Source: Octopus vulgaris (Eukaryota). From it: 64,000 bases of DNA. Location: assembly GCA_951406725.2 (NCBI GenBank), contig OX597837.1, positions 11,966,001 through 12,030,000 on the forward strand, in the 5' to 3' direction. Under the pieces are notes generated by a model, which saw nothing but the letters and a program-made list of their open reading frames with translations, did no database searches and was not told where the DNA came from. This document shows, piece after piece, positions 63,883 to 64,000 of the stretch (position 1 is its first letter; each line of letters opens with the position of its first letter). Position numbers and translations under genes: made by a program.

Positions 63883-64000
63883 ATACATACACGTGCACAC
63901 GAGGAGATGCAAAGTTCTATTTGGGTTGGAGGGAATTATTTTTCAAGATTTTAACGTATTTAAAAAAAAAAAAAAAAATTCATCAATTTTAATGATATCA

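Noticed and set aside
59880-64000. Possible 3' UTR or last exon of a neighbouring minus-strand gene (exon-like stretch ~62330-62500)
   Set aside because: All frames stop quickly and there is no recognisable peptide. It cannot be supported without transcript data.

Overview
Eukaryotic, AT-rich, microsatellite- and SINE-dense genomic DNA. The repeat landscape strongly resembles an Octopus (coleoid cephalopod) genome; this is an inference. The one protein-coding gene I can support is a + strand MBOAT1/2-family lysophospholipid acyltransferase. I rebuilt 11 GT-AG exons between 27611 and 46222 that splice in frame into 480 aa, including the catalytic SALWHGFYPGYY motif and a C-terminal KxKxx. Its first exon was not found. 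The rest is intronic or intergenic: several tRNA-derived SINE families, CR1-type and RTE-type LINE 3' ends, mariner and Tc1 fossils, hAT-, pogo- and piggyBac-like MITEs, Helitron/HINE-like elements and very long simple repeats. Almost all ORFs in the track are microsatellite or SINE artefacts. The most striking hidden signal is a set of about six unrelated families of short elements, many fold-back and mostly (TA)n-embedded, that each carry a type I hammerhead-ribozyme fold, as in Penelope-like pLTRs or retrozymes. They include canonical copies, tandem minimal copies with a palindromic stem III, a variant with a reciprocal G3:C8 core swap, and a tRNA-headed SINE carrying a hammerhead. All folds were derived by eye and none has been tested.
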